Under the pieces are notes generated by a model. It did no database searches. It saw only the letters and a program-made list of their open reading frames with translations, and was not told where the DNA came from. From an uncultured delta proteobacterium (GTDB lineage: Bacteria; Myxococcota; Myxococcia; Myxococcales; Anaeromyxobacteraceae), in NCBI GenBank assembly GCA_963814585.1, contig CAWFDF010000014.1, positions 416,001-480,000 on the forward strand: a stretch of DNA of 64,000 bases, read 5' to 3'. Each line of letters starts with the position of its first letter. Position 1 is the stretch's first letter. Shown here piece by piece: positions 10,770-21,134 of the stretch. A program made the translations under genes and the position numbers.

Positions 10770-11884
10770 CGGACCACCCCCGGGCCTCGCCGCTCCAGGA
10801 GCCAGCAGAGCGCCAGCCCGACCAGGATCAGCACCAGGTTGGGCAGCTGGAGCGCCAGCGCCGCCGGCAGGGCGCCGCGCTGCGCCAGGATCTCGCCGGC
10901 GCGCAGCAGCAGGTACTGGACCAGCACCGCCCCGATGCTGGCGCCGATGGCCGCGGCCCGCCCACCCCGGCGCATGGCGGCCAGGGGCACGGCCATGAGC
11001 GCGAAGGCCAGCACCGCCAGGGGCGCGGACAGCCGCCGGTGGTAGGCCGCCTGGTAGCCGAGCGCCTGGGCCGGCGTCCGCTCCCCGCCCGGCCTCCCGA
11101 GGTCGGCCAGCTCCGCCTGCGTCAGCTCCTTGGTGGAGCCCGAGAGGGCGTTCCAATCGGTGAGCGCGGTGCCGACGCCGAGCGTCATCCCCGCGGTGCG
11201 GAAGGTGGCGCGCACGTACTCCTCGCCTCCGGGGTCCTCGCGGTGGATCTCGCCCTGCTCCAGGACCAGCCGCATCTCCTCCTCGGAGCCGACCGGCTCC
11301 AGCTTCCCGCGCCGGGCCAGCGCCAGCATCGGCGCGGCCGGGTTGGAGCGGTCGCTGATGAGCACGTCACCCCAGCCGTCGGGGCCGACCCGCGCCGCGA
11401 AGACGGTGTACCCCGGGATCTCGTCGAAGAAGGTCCCGGGGCGGACGTTGGCGGTCAGGTTGCGCTTGATGATCTCGTTGAAGCGCAGCCGGGCCTCTCG
11501 CAGGCCGGCCGGGTCCAGCGACACCGAGAACCAGAGCCCCACGGCGGTCACCACCACGCCGATGGCGAGCGGAACCCGCACCAGCCGCACCGGTGACAGC
11601 CCGGCGGCGCCGATGGCCATCACCTCCCGGTCCTCGGCCAGCCTCCCCACGCCGACGATGGCGCCCAGCAGGAAGGCGACCGGCATGACGAAGCCGAGCA
11701 GGTGCGGCAGCAGCGAGGCCGCCACCCCGGCGATGTCGAGCGCGCCGACGCCGGCGCCGAAGAGGATGTCGGCGCGGGCCAGGATCTGGGTCACCAGGAG
11801 GAGCTGCGTCAAGAAGAGGAGCGCCGCCAGGAAGGGCAGCAGGATCTCCCTGGCGAGGTAGCGCTCCAGCAGCCCCACGCTCAC
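10766..11884 (-). CDS. lptF: LPS export permease LptF
   Basis: [46 protein letters not shown]; tandem with lptG. Confidence 0.9.
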   Translation of the reverse strand: MSVGLLERYLAREILLPFLAALLFLTQLLLVTQILARADILFGAGVGALDIAGVAASLLPHLLGFVMPVAFLLGAIVGVGRLAEDREVMAIGAAGLSPVRLVRVPLAIGVVVTAVGLWFSVSLDPAGLREARLRFNEIIKRNLTANVRPGTFFDEIPGYTVFAARVGPDGWGDVLISDRSNPAAPMLALARRGKLEPVGSEEEMRLVLEQGEIHREDPGGEEYVRATFRTAGMTLGVGTALTDWNALSGSTKELTQAELADLGRPGGERTPAQALGYQAAYHRRLSAPLAVLAFALMAVPLAAMRRGGRAAAIGASIGAVLVQYLLLRAGEILAQRGALPAALALQLPNLVLILVGLALCWLLERRGPGVVR

Positions 11885-12386
11885 GCCTTCAGCTTCGCCT
11901 GCAGGGCGGCGTCCCTGGCCTCGACGTCGGCCGCCAGCCGCTCGCGCGCGGCGCGGACCTTCTCGGCCACCGCGCCGTCGGAGCGGGCGATGATGCGGGC
12001 CGCCAGCAGCCCGGCATTGCGCGCTCCGGATCTGGCCGATGGCCAGCGTCCCCACCGGGACCCCGGCCGGCATCTGGACCGTGGCCAGCAGCGCGTCGAG
12101 CCCCTGGAGATCGCTCCCGGCCAGCGGCACGCCCAGCACCGGCAGCTCGGTCTCGGCCGCCACCACCCCGGCGAGGTGGGCCGCCGCGCCGGCGCCGCAG
12201 ATGATCACCTGGATGCCTCGCCCGGCCGCCTGGCGCGCCAGCTCGCCGGTCCGCGCCGGCGTCCGGTGGGCGCTGGACACGTGCACCTCGGTGCCGATCG
12301 CCCATCTCCTCCAGCGCCTTCCTCGCCTCCGCCATCACCTCCCAGTCGGAGTCGGATCCCATGAGGATGAGCACCCTGGCGTTCAT
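11881..12386 (-). CDS. purE: N5-CAIR mutase PurE (two +1 frameshifts near 12300 and 12032)
   Basis: [35 protein letters not shown], then [12 protein letters not shown] across three frames; length 506 = 3n+2. Confidence 0.93.
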
Positions 12387-13645
12387 GCGCTGCCCCCGAT
12401 GTCCTTGCGGTACTGCATGCCCCGGAACGAGACCTTGCCGATGGCGTCGTAGGCCCGCCGCCGGGCCTCGGCGTGGGTGGCCCCGAGCGCGCAGGCGGTC
12501 AGCACCCGGCCACCGGAGGTGACCACCCGGCCGCCCGGGCCGCTGGCGGTGCCGGCCTGGAAGAGCTGCTGGTCGGGGTCGAGCGCGGCGTCGAGGCCGG
12601 TGATGACGTCGCCGGTGGCGACCTGGCCCGGGTAGCCCTCGGCCGCCAGCACCACCCCGATCGAGGCGCGCGGGTCGACGTCGAGGGCGACGCCGGAGAG
12701 ATCGCCGCGGGCCGCGGCCAGCAGCGCCGGAACCAGGTCACCGCGCAGCCGCATGAGGATGGGCTGGGTCTCGGGGTCGCCGAGGCGGGCGTTGAACTCG
12801 AGGACGCGCGGGCCGTCGGGCGTCAGCATGATGCCGGCGTAGAGCGCACCGCGGAACGGGTGGCCCCGCCGCGCCAGCTCCCGCACCGCCGGGACCAGCA
12901 CGGTGCGCTCGATCTCGGCCAGCAGGGGCGCTGGCACCTTGGGCGTGGGGCAGTAGGCCCCCATGCCGCCGGTGTTGGGTCCGCGATCGCCGTCGAAGAT
13001 CCGCTTGTGGTCCTGCGCGGCGGGCAGCATCAGCACCCGCTCGCCGTCGCTGAGGGCGATGCAGCTGGCCTCCGGGCCGGCCAGCTTCTCCTCGAGGAGC
13101 AGCGTCGCCCCCGCGGCGCCATGGATCCGCTCCACCAGGATCTCGCGGATGGCCGCCTCGGCCTCGGGGAGCGAGGCGCAGACCACCACGCCCTTGCCGG
13201 CGGCGAGGCCGTCGGCCTTGACCACCACCTGGCCGCCCCGGGCCCGCGCCCAGTCGAGCGCGCCCTTCGGCTCGGTGAAGGTGTCGAAGGCCGCGGTCGG
13301 GATCCCGGCCGCGATCATGACCTCCTTGGCGAAGGCCTTGGAGCCCTCGATGCGGGCGGCGCCGGCGGTGGGTCCGAAGGCGAGGACGCCGGCGGCGGCG
13401 AGCCGGTCGGCCAGCCCCGCCACCAGCGGCGCTTCCGGGCCGACCACCACGAGATCGATCCGCTCGCGGACCGCGAAGGCGGCCAGCCCCTCGACGTCGT
13501 CGGCCTTGTGCGGGACGAGGGTGGCCAGCCGGCCGAGGCCGGGGTTGCCGGGCGCCGCGAACAGGGCGTGGACCAGCGGGGACTGGGCGATCTTCCAGGC
13601 CAGGGCGTGCTCACGGCCGCCCGAGCCCACGACGAGGACGCGCAT
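12383..13645 (-). CDS. purD: Phosphoribosylamine-glycine ligase
   Basis: [60 protein letters not shown]. Confidence 0.97.
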   Translation of the reverse strand: MRVLVVGSGGREHALAWKIAQSPLVHALFAAPGNPGLGRLATLVPHKADDVEGLAAFAVRERIDLVVVGPEAPLVAGLADRLAAAGVLAFGPTAGAARIEGSKAFAKEVMIAAGIPTAAFDTFTEPKGALDWARARGGQVVVKADGLAAGKGVVVCASLPEAEAAIREILVERIHGAAGATLLLEEKLAGPEASCIALSDGERVLMLPAAQDHKRIFDGDRGPNTGGMGAYCPTPKVPAPLLAEIERTVLVPAVRELARRGHPFRGALYAGIMLTPDGPRVLEFNARLGDPETQPILMRLRGDLVPALLAAARGDLSGVALDVDPRASIGVVLAAEGYPGQVATGDVITGLDAALDPDQQLFQAGTASGPGGRVVTSGGRVLTACALGATHAEARRRAYDAIGKVSFRGMQYRKDIGGSA

Positions 13646-13822
13646 GCGGGCCGCAACTTACCCCATTCCCGGGCGGTCGCGGGGCGGTTGGTCGGGGCGG
13701 AGAGGCGGTCGACCGGGCGCCTCGGCGAGACGGGCCCCGGAGTCGACCGGCGGCTGGCGGTCGACCCGGCCCTTGGTCCTGCGGCCATCGCGTGGTACGG
13801 CGCGGTCGGGAACCTGCCGAGG

Positions 13823-14794
13823 ATGAACCGGGGCCACACCTACCGGGAGCAGATCGACGCCGCCGGCGAGGACCGCGCCGTGCTGGACCACCTCGTCGGG
13901 CGCTTCGGTCGGGCCCCCCTGGCCGAGTGGCGCGAGCGGATCCTGCTTGGACAGGTGCGGCTGGATGGCGAGCTCACCACCGCCGGCACCCGGCTGCGCG
14001 CCGGGCAGTGGCTCTCCTGGGATCGCCCGCCCTGGACCGAGCCGCCGGCTCCGCTCGACACCGCGGTGCTCCACGAGGACGCCTGGCTGCTCGCCGTCGC
14101 CAAGCCGCGCGGCCTCCCCACCGTGCCCGGCGGCGGGCTCTACCTCGAGCACACGCTCCTCGCCGTGGTTCGCCGGCGCGCGCCGGAGGCGAGCCCCATG
14201 CACCGGCTGGGGCGGGACACCTCCGGCGTGGTGCTCTTCGCCCGCACGGCCGCCGCGGCCCGGACGGTCCAGGCGGCCTTCCGATCGCGGCGGGTCGCCA
14301 AGGCCTACCGCGCCCTCTGCGCCGGCCATCCGGTGCTCGACGCCTTCACCGTCGAGGCCCCCATCGGCGAGGTGGACCACCCGCTGCTCGGCACGGTCCA
14401 CGCCGCGGCGGCGGGCGGCCGGTTCGCCAGGAGCCACGTCCGGGTCCTGGAGCGGCGCGGCGCCGGCGGCGGGCCGCCGACCGCCCTGGTGGAGGTGGAG
14501 ATCGAGACCGGCCGCCCCCACCAGATCCGCATCCACCTCGCCTTCGCCGGCCACCCCCTGGTGGGAGATCCGCTCTTCGGCGCCGGCGGCGTCCCGCTGG
14601 CGGGGACGCTGGCCCTGCCCGGCGATCCCGGCTACCTGCTCCACGCCCACCGTCTCGGGCTCGACCACCCCGGGAGCGGGAAGCCGCTGCTGATCGAGTG
14701 CCAGCCGCCGCCGGTGCTGCGGGCCAGGCCCGTCCCGGGGGAGCCGGACGGGCGGACCTTCGCGGCACCCCCGCGGCGAGGCCGGCCGACGTAG
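13823..14794 (+). CDS. RluA-family pseudouridine synthase homolog (catalytic Asp absent)
   Basis: S4-like N-terminus, AVAKPRGL, HRLGRDTSG, KAYRA, ETGRPHQIRIHLA, GHPLVGDP. Confidence 0.88.
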   Translation: MNRGHTYREQIDAAGEDRAVLDHLVGRFGRAPLAEWRERILLGQVRLDGELTTAGTRLRAGQWLSWDRPPWTEPPAPLDTAVLHEDAWLLAVAKPRGLPTVPGGGLYLEHTLLAVVRRRAPEASPMHRLGRDTSGVVLFARTAAAARTVQAAFRSRRVAKAYRALCAGHPVLDAFTVEAPIGEVDHPLLGTVHAAAAGGRFARSHVRVLERRGAGGGPPTALVEVEIETGRPHQIRIHLAFAGHPLVGDPLFGAGGVPLAGTLALPGDPGYLLHAHRLGLDHPGSGKPLLIECQPPPVLRARPVPGEPDGRTFAAPPRRGRPT

Positions 14795-14804
14795 AGTCGG
14801 CCGC

Positions 14805-16385
14805 ATGTTCGCCGACCCGGCCACCGTCCTCGCGCCACGCGCCGGCACGCTCGTCGACGCGCCCTTGCCGCTCCTGCTCCACGCCCTCTTCTGCGAGGGG
14901 CGGACCGCCACGCTCGAGCTCAAGCTCCGCGGCCTCGAGAAGCGGATCCAGTTCGAGGCCGGCTCGCCGGTGGCCTGCCGCTCCAACCTGCTCCACGAGA
15001 CGCTGGGGAAGTACCTCGTCGAGAAGGGGAAGCTCACCGAGGAGCGCTACCAGGAGGCGCTGCAGGGCAGCGTCCAGTCCGGGAAGCGGATGGGCGAGTG
15101 GCTCGTGGCGCAGGGGGCCATCCAGCCCTTCGAGCTCTACCGGCTCATGCAGGCCAACCTGGCCATGCGGATCCTCGACGCCTTCCGCTGGAGCGAGGCG
15201 ACCTGGCGGCTCACCGGGGAGAGCGAGGCGGCCGAGCTGGCCCTCAGGATGAACCCGGCGCAGCTCGTCCTCACCGGCGTCTCCGCCTTCTCGCCCTTCG
15301 AGCTGGTGGCCACGCAGCTGGCCTTCACCGACGAGCAGCGCTTCGCGCTCACGCCCAGGCCGCCGCACGAGCTCGCCCGGCTCAAGCTGGATCCTCGCGA
15401 GGCCAGGCTGGTCTCCACGCTGCGCCGGCGGCCGACCTTCGAGGAGCTCACCCGGGCGACCGGCCTCGAGGTCGAGGAGGCGCTGCGGCGGCTCTACGCC
15501 CTGGCCACGCTCGGCATCGTCGACTTCGCGGATCGCGTGCCGCAGGCCGCCGGCCCCGGGCCGACGGCTCCGCCTTCGCCCGACGTGACGTCGCCGGCCG
15601 GGCCGGAGCCGGCGCTGGAGGTGCCGGCGCCGCCCGAGGCCGAGGCGCTGCAGGAGGAGTCGGAGGAGCTCAAGAACGCCCTCGCCTCCGACTACCTCGC
15701 CCACCGCGCCCTCAATCCCTTCGACCTCCTCGGCCTCCCCGAGGCCGCCGACGCCGCCCAGTCCCGCCGGGCGTTCCTCTCGCTCGCCGACCGGTTCTCG
15801 CCGCTGCGCTTCCGCTCGGCCGACCTTCGCGAGAAGGCCGAGTCGCTCCTGGCGGCGCGGGCCCGCGCCTTCGCCGCGCTCTCCGACGCCGGGCAGGCCA
15901 CCCTCTGGCGCAGGCGGCGCGCCGCGGCCACCGAGGCGGCCCGGGCCCCGGCCCGCCCCTCCACCGCGGACCAGTTCCGCATCCAGACCGACCTGCTGGA
16001 CGCCTCCGCGCAGTTCGCGGAGGGAGCGAGGCGGCTCGCCGCCGGCGACGCCCGGGGCGCCCTCGAGTACTTCCAGTACGCCGCCGACATCGAGCCGAAG
16101 GCCGTGCACCGCGCCCACCTCGCCTGGGCCCGCTACCTGGTCGACCCGGAGCGCCACGCCCGGCTCGCGCTGGGAGAGCTGGCCGAGCTGGCTCGAAAGG
16201 AGCCTGGCTGCGCCGAGGCGCACCGCTTCTCGGCGGACATCCTGAAGGCGGGGGGACGGTGGGCCGAGGCCGAGGAGGCCTACCGGCGAGCCTTCCAGCT
16301 CGACCCGGCCGATCGCCGGTCCCAGGAGGCGGCGCTCGAGATGCTCCGGGCCCGCAAGGCGGCGCCGCGCGAGCGCGGCACTTGA
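14805..16385 (+). CDS. DUF4388/PATAN-like + degenerate J-domain + TPR protein
   Basis: EKRIQFEAGSPVACRSNLLHETLGKYLV, NPFDLLGL J-like segment, C-terminal TPR helices. Confidence 0.8.
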   Translation: MFADPATVLAPRAGTLVDAPLPLLLHALFCEGRTATLELKLRGLEKRIQFEAGSPVACRSNLLHETLGKYLVEKGKLTEERYQEALQGSVQSGKRMGEWLVAQGAIQPFELYRLMQANLAMRILDAFRWSEATWRLTGESEAAELALRMNPAQLVLTGVSAFSPFELVATQLAFTDEQRFALTPRPPHELARLKLDPREARLVSTLRRRPTFEELTRATGLEVEEALRRLYALATLGIVDFADRVPQAAGPGPTAPPSPDVTSPAGPEPALEVPAPPEAEALQEESEELKNALASDYLAHRALNPFDLLGLPEAADAAQSRRAFLSLADRFSPLRFRSADLREKAESLLAARARAFAALSDAGQATLWRRRRAAATEAARAPARPSTADQFRIQTDLLDASAQFAEGARRLAAGDARGALEYFQYAADIEPKAVHRAHLAWARYLVDPERHARLALGELAELARKEPGCAEAHRFSADILKAGGRWAEAEEAYRRAFQLDPADRRSQEAALEMLRARKAAPRERGT

Positions 16386-16417
16386 TCCCGACCGGCCCAC
16401 GGGGTTAGGGCAGGAGC

Positions 16418-17383
16418 ATGACCCCCGACGCCCCCGCCAGCCGGAAGCCGATCCTCTACCAGGTGCGCGCGCTCCCCGGCGGCCACTTCGGCCGGCTGGT
16501 GGACCGGTTCGATCTCCGCGGCGGGCAGGCGGCCCCACCGCCGCGCCCGGCCCTCCTCGAGGCGGCGCGCCCGGCCGAGGTGCTGGTCACCAGCTACATC
16601 GACCGGGTCGACGAGGCGCTGCTGGCGGGTCTTCCGCGGCTGCGGCACCTGGCCTCCTACGGCGTCGGCGTGGACCACATCGACCTCGAGGCCTGCCGCC
16701 GGCGGAGCCTGCTCGTGACCAACACCCCCGGCGTGGTCACCGAGGCCACCGCCGAGCACGCCATCGCGCTCATGCTGGCCGCGGCGCGCCGGGTGGTCGA
16801 AGGGGACCGGCTCATCCGGCGCGGCGGCTGGACCGCCGTGGACCCTGCCCTGCTCCTCGGCACCGGCCTCGACGGCAAGCTGCTCGGCCTGGTCGGCTTC
16901 GGGCGGATCGGCCAGGCGGTGGCCCGGCGCGCGGCCGGGCTCGGGCTGCGGCTCGCCTACGCCTCGCCACGCGAGGTCCCCTTCCCCGGGGCCCGGCGCC
17001 TGCCGCTCGAGACGCTGCTCGCCGAGGCCGACGTGGTGTCCCTGCACGTGCCGCGGAATGCGGCCACCGAGGGGCTCCTCTCCGCCGAGCGGCTGGCGCT
17101 CCTCAAGCCGGGGGCCATCGTCATCAACACCGCTCGCGGGGCGGTGGTGGACGACGGGGCGCTGGTGGAGGCGCTCCGGAGCGGCCGGCTGGCGGCCGCC
17201 GGGCTGGACGTCTTCCGCGACGAGCCGCGGATCCCGGCCGCCTACCTCGACCTCGAGAACGTGGTGCTGACGCCGCACCTGGGCTCGGGCACCCGCGAGA
17301 CCCGGAGCGCCATGGCCCTCATGGTGGTCGAGGAGGTCGAGCGGGTGGCCCGGGGAGAGCCGGCACGGCACCCGGTCCCCTGA
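16418..17383 (+). CDS. D-2-hydroxyacid dehydrogenase (glyoxylate/hydroxypyruvate reductase-like)
   Basis: GVGVDHID, VTNTPGV, GFGRIG, INTARG, GLDVF.DEP, TPHLGS. Confidence 0.92.
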   Translation: MTPDAPASRKPILYQVRALPGGHFGRLVDRFDLRGGQAAPPPRPALLEAARPAEVLVTSYIDRVDEALLAGLPRLRHLASYGVGVDHIDLEACRRRSLLVTNTPGVVTEATAEHAIALMLAAARRVVEGDRLIRRGGWTAVDPALLLGTGLDGKLLGLVGFGRIGQAVARRAAGLGLRLAYASPREVPFPGARRLPLETLLAEADVVSLHVPRNAATEGLLSAERLALLKPGAIVINTARGAVVDDGALVEALRSGRLAAAGLDVFRDEPRIPAAYLDLENVVLTPHLGSGTRETRSAMALMVVEEVERVARGEPARHPVP

Positions 17384-17487
17384 GGGCCGTGGATGGCCCC
17401 CTCACGGCCGCGCCAGGGCGTCGTCGGCTTGACCCGACCGGCCCCGGCGGGCGAGGGTGTCGGTCGGGCGGGGGCCTGGAGGACTGC

Positions 17488-17856
17488 ATGGACCGCGTCC
17501 GAGTCGAGACCTTCCGGGGCAAGCGCCTCCTCATCGTGGACGGCACCGACGTCGGGGCCGACCAGTACCCCGCCGTGCTGCGCGCTGGCGCCCTGGCCAT
17601 CTCCCAGGAGCCATTCGGCTCGGTGCGGCTGGTGACCGTGGTGACGAGGGCCCGCTACGGCCGCGGCGCGGCCGAGCAGATCAAGGCCTACTCGAGCTCC
17701 ATCAAGCCGTACCTCAAGGCGAGCGCGGTGGTCGGGCTCTCGCCGCTGCAGCAGGTCATCTTCTGGGCCATCAAGCCCTTCGCCCACCGGACCCTCACCG
17801 CCTTCGCCACGCTGGACGAGGCGCGGGCGTGGCTGGCGGACTTCCCCGAGTCGTGA
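17488..17856 (+). CDS. Hypothetical protein, STAS/SEC14 (SpoIIAA)-like
   Basis: GGAGG RBS; ASAVVGLS and C-terminal FATLDEARAWL motif. Confidence 0.7.
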   Translation: MDRVRVETFRGKRLLIVDGTDVGADQYPAVLRAGALAISQEPFGSVRLVTVVTRARYGRGAAEQIKAYSSSIKPYLKASAVVGLSPLQQVIFWAIKPFAHRTLTAFATLDEARAWLADFPES

Positions 17857-17886
17857 GACGGCGGGGGCTCATCGCCGCGGGCGCCG

Positions 17887-18780
17887 TCAGTCCTGGTCGT
17901 CGACCACCCGCTCCGGCGCCACCTCGAGCAGCTCCGGCCGGCGCAGCAGGCCGCGCAGGAGCTTGAAGGCGCTGGCGTAGTAGTGGCCGTCGCAGATCCG
18001 CTCGTCGTTCACCACCTTGATGGAGATGGACTTCCGCAGCTCCACCCGGCCATCGGCGGCGATGACCTGCTCGCGCTCCTTGGCGCCGAAGGCGAAGAAG
18101 ATGGAGACGGTCCCGAACTCGTACAGGTGGTGGTAGATGGGCTTGATCCCGAGCGAGCCGAGATCGGTGACGAAGGCCGTGGCGTGGAACGGGCTGGCCC
18201 GGTGGATGGCGCGGGGCAGCAGGCCGTGGAAGTCGAGGGCCCGGAGGAGCCACATCAGCCCGCGCAGCACCACGCCGGGCACTGCCGTGAAGAGGCGCGC
18301 CGTCCGATCGGTCACGTTGCGGGTCGCCTCCCCCGCGTTGGCGGCGACCGCCTCCTCGATGACCCGGGCCACGTCGAAGACCGTGGCCCTCGGGTCGAAG
18401 CGGAGCTTCACCACCGTCTCCGGGCTGTCCTGGTGCAGCCGCCTCTTGAGCACCATGGCGAGGAGGATCTCGTCGCGGGCGTAGAGGCGCTGCCCGGCCA
18501 CGAAGCGGTTGAGGCGGGGGCGCTGCGAGATGGTGCGGACCAGCGCCGCCATGAACAGCGCCAGGTAGCCGAGGTCGGTGCGGCCGGCCGCCCGCTGCCG
18601 TCGCAGCCAGGCTTCCGCCGGGGCGACGTCGATGCGGTCCTCGAAGTAGTCGTGGGCATCCACACGCGTCCGCATGACGTAGGGGATGATCTGGTAGATG
18701 GGGCTCAGGCTGCGCAGCAGCCGCCCGTCGTAGCGATCGCCGAGGCGCCGTCGCCGCTCCGTCCCCGCTGCCTCGCCCAT
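17887..18780 (-). CDS. Stand-alone 2-oxoacid dehydrogenase E2 catalytic-domain-like acyltransferase
   Basis: RPRLNRFV, FVTDLGSLGI, NDERICDG; no lipoyl or E3-binding domain. Confidence 0.8.
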   Translation of the reverse strand: MGEAAGTERRRRLGDRYDGRLLRSLSPIYQIIPYVMRTRVDAHDYFEDRIDVAPAEAWLRRQRAAGRTDLGYLALFMAALVRTISQRPRLNRFVAGQRLYARDEILLAMVLKRRLHQDSPETVVKLRFDPRATVFDVARVIEEAVAANAGEATRNVTDRTARLFTAVPGVVLRGLMWLLRALDFHGLLPRAIHRASPFHATAFVTDLGSLGIKPIYHHLYEFGTVSIFFAFGAKEREQVIAADGRVELRKSISIKVVNDERICDGHYYASAFKLLRGLLRRPELLEVAPERVVDDQD

Positions 18781-18822
18781 GGTCCGACCTCCGCTCCGGG
18801 CGTCCACCTGGACCGGGCGCCG

Positions 18823-19902
18823 TCAGGCGGTGACCACGCGCCGCCCCCGGTACCGCATGGCCCCCACCGCCCCCGAGAAGGCATTGCGGGACACGTCCGC
18901 CACCGACTCGCCGCCGTAGACGTAGCGCGGCAGGCACTCCAGGTGGCGGGCGTGCTCCGGGAAGACGTTGGCCGCACGGGCCGTGGCGGCCGTGGCGTAG
19001 CCGCAGTCCCTGCCGACCGCCAGCTCCCGCGCCGTCACCTGGGGCATGGTGCCGTAGGGGTAGGCGAAGTGCCGGACCGGCACGCCGAGCTCGGCCTCGA
19101 TGCGCCGCCGCGAGCTCACCAGCTCGTCGCGAACCTGGTCCGGGGAGAGGCTCGAGAGCACGGGGTGGGTCACGGTGTGCGCCCCGACCGTGGCGAAGGG
19201 CGAGCGCGCCAGGGTGCGCACCTCGTCCCAGCTGAGGGGCAAGGTGGACTGCAGCCGTTCCACCCGCTCGACGCCGCAGGCCGCCGCGGCGAGGTCGCGC
19301 AGGGTGGTGGGATCGGCGCCGTCGAACACCTGCTGCAGGTCGTGAAAGGCCGCCGCCTTCTCCGCCGGGGTTCGGGCCGGATGGACGTGGCGGCGGCCGG
19401 CATGGGTGAAGTCCAGGGCGTCGGCGCCGAGCAGCGCCTCCTCCAGCGCGTACCACCAGAACACCGTCCTGCCATCGGGGAAGTCGGTGGTCAGGTAGAC
19501 CGCGAAGGGGACCCGTTGGGCCTCGAAGATGGGCGCCGCCAGCGTGAGGTTGTCGCGGTAGCCGTCGTCGAAGGTGAAGGCCACGAAGGGCCGCCTGAGC
19601 GTGCCTCGCACCAGCCCGTCGTGGATCTCCTCGAGCGACAGGACGGCCCGGCGGCTGCGGATCACCGAGCGCACCAGCTCCTCCAGGTTGGCGGTGGTCA
19701 CCTCGAGCTCGGAGACCCAGGCCACGCGCTGCCTGGGCTGGGACTCGACCACGCGGTGGAAGGCCAGGATGGTGCCGAGGCCGCCGTAGATGGGCTCGAC
19801 CGCGAAGCGAAGCAGGCCGAGCGCCGACAGGGCCACCGATCGGAGCGCCTCCCGCAGGTTCTCGCGAGCCGCCTGCACCCGGTCGGACGGGGACTTCGAC
19901 AT
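18823..19902 (-). CDS. Polysaccharide deacetylase (CE4/NodB)
   Basis: ILAFHRV, FTFDDGYRDN, GAHTVTHP, FAYPYG. Confidence 0.92.
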   Translation of the reverse strand: MSKSPSDRVQAARENLREALRSVALSALGLLRFAVEPIYGGLGTILAFHRVVESQPRQRVAWVSELEVTTANLEELVRSVIRSRRAVLSLEEIHDGLVRGTLRRPFVAFTFDDGYRDNLTLAAPIFEAQRVPFAVYLTTDFPDGRTVFWWYALEEALLGADALDFTHAGRRHVHPARTPAEKAAAFHDLQQVFDGADPTTLRDLAAAACGVERVERLQSTLPLSWDEVRTLARSPFATVGAHTVTHPVLSSLSPDQVRDELVSSRRRIEAELGVPVRHFAYPYGTMPQVTARELAVGRDCGYATAATARAANVFPEHARHLECLPRYVYGGESVADVSRNAFSGAVGAMRYRGRRVVTA

Positions 19903-20146
19903 GGCGTCTCCCCCTCCAGCCCACTCGGTTCGCGTGCCGCCTGCAGGAGCTCGACTTCCCTTAGCACATCCTGGACCAGCCGGGCCGGTCACGGTGTCCC
20001 TCGGTCGGGAGACACTCGATCACGCGTGGTCCGCGCCGCCGCGACGTGTTGACGCCCGCGCCCCTCGGTCCTAGTGTCGCCGCCGGGTTGGGTCCCGGCC
20101 GGCCTGGGCCCGAGGGGACGCCGGCTCGAGATTCGGGGGAATCCGC

Positions 20147-21112
20147 GTGAACTTCTTTGCGAGCGAGGCCTTCCTGTCCTCCCTGGCCCACGCCTGCGCA
20201 CCGGATCGCCCCTTCCGCGTCGGCCTCCACCGCACGCAAGGTCGCCTCTTCCGGCTGGTGAGCGTCGACGGTGGCGCCCCCATCACCCAGTGGCCCTTCT
20301 TCGACTCGGTCGCCGCGGTCGAGGAGACGCCCTCGGGACCGGTGGGCGAGCTGCGCTACCTCCCCATGGTGGCGCAGGACGCGACCGAGATCACCGAGGT
20401 CCCCGAGTCGGTGCAGGAGGGTCCGGAGTCCTTCCCCGCGCCGTACATCGACTGGACGCGCTTCCCCACCTGGAAGGCCTTCGAGGCCCACTTCGCCGCC
20501 CGCCGCAGCAGCCTGCCGCGCGACTCGCGGCAGAAGCGCCGGAACCTGGAGCGCGAGGTCGGCACGCTCACCTTCATCGCGCACGACCCCCGCCCCGAGG
20601 TCTTCGACCAGTGCCTGGCGTGGAAGTCGGCCCAGTACGTGCGCACCGGCTTGACCGATCTCTTCCGCGATTCGCGCAACGTCGAGCTGTTCCGCACCCT
20701 CACCGCCAAGGGGGCCCTCCTCATCTCCTCCCTGTCCGCAGGCCCCACCCTGCTCGCCGTGCACTTCGGCGGGCTCGCCGACGAGGGGCTCTACTCCTGG
20801 GTGGCCGCCTACGACCCCGCCTTCGGGCGCTACTCGCCGGGGCGGCTGTTGCTCGAGGACATCCTCCGGCACTGCCAGGAGCGCGGCCACCGCGAGTTCG
20901 ACTTCGGGATCGGCCACAGCAGCTACAAGTGGCACTACGCCTCGCACAGCCGGACCCTGGGCCCGCTGGGACGGCCGCCCATGTCCCTGGTCGTGCGACG
21001 CTCCGCCAAGGCGGCCGCCAAGAGCCTGCTCCTGCGCTGGCCCAGCCTGTACGCCCGGGTCCAGCGGATGAGGCAGAACCTGCGAGCGCGCGGGGTGGCG
21101 CCGCAGGACTGA
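20147..21112 (+). CDS. GNAT acetyltransferase, CelD/BcsL (Acetyltransf_6) type
   Basis: AYDPAFGRYSPGRLLL, EFDFGIG...YK. Confidence 0.85.
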   Translation: MNFFASEAFLSSLAHACAPDRPFRVGLHRTQGRLFRLVSVDGGAPITQWPFFDSVAAVEETPSGPVGELRYLPMVAQDATEITEVPESVQEGPESFPAPYIDWTRFPTWKAFEAHFAARRSSLPRDSRQKRRNLEREVGTLTFIAHDPRPEVFDQCLAWKSAQYVRTGLTDLFRDSRNVELFRTLTAKGALLISSLSAGPTLLAVHFGGLADEGLYSWVAAYDPAFGRYSPGRLLLEDILRHCQERGHREFDFGIGHSSYKWHYASHSRTLGPLGRPPMSLVVRRSAKAAAKSLLLRWPSLYARVQRMRQNLRARGVAPQD

Positions 21113-21134
21113 GTCCGTTACGTCGAGGGACGGG

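Noticed and set aside
9054..12286. Apparent LptG-TsaC and PurE-LptF fusion proteins in the ORF track
   Set aside because: Produced by single-base frameshifts; each downstream gene has its own start overlapping the natural upstream stop
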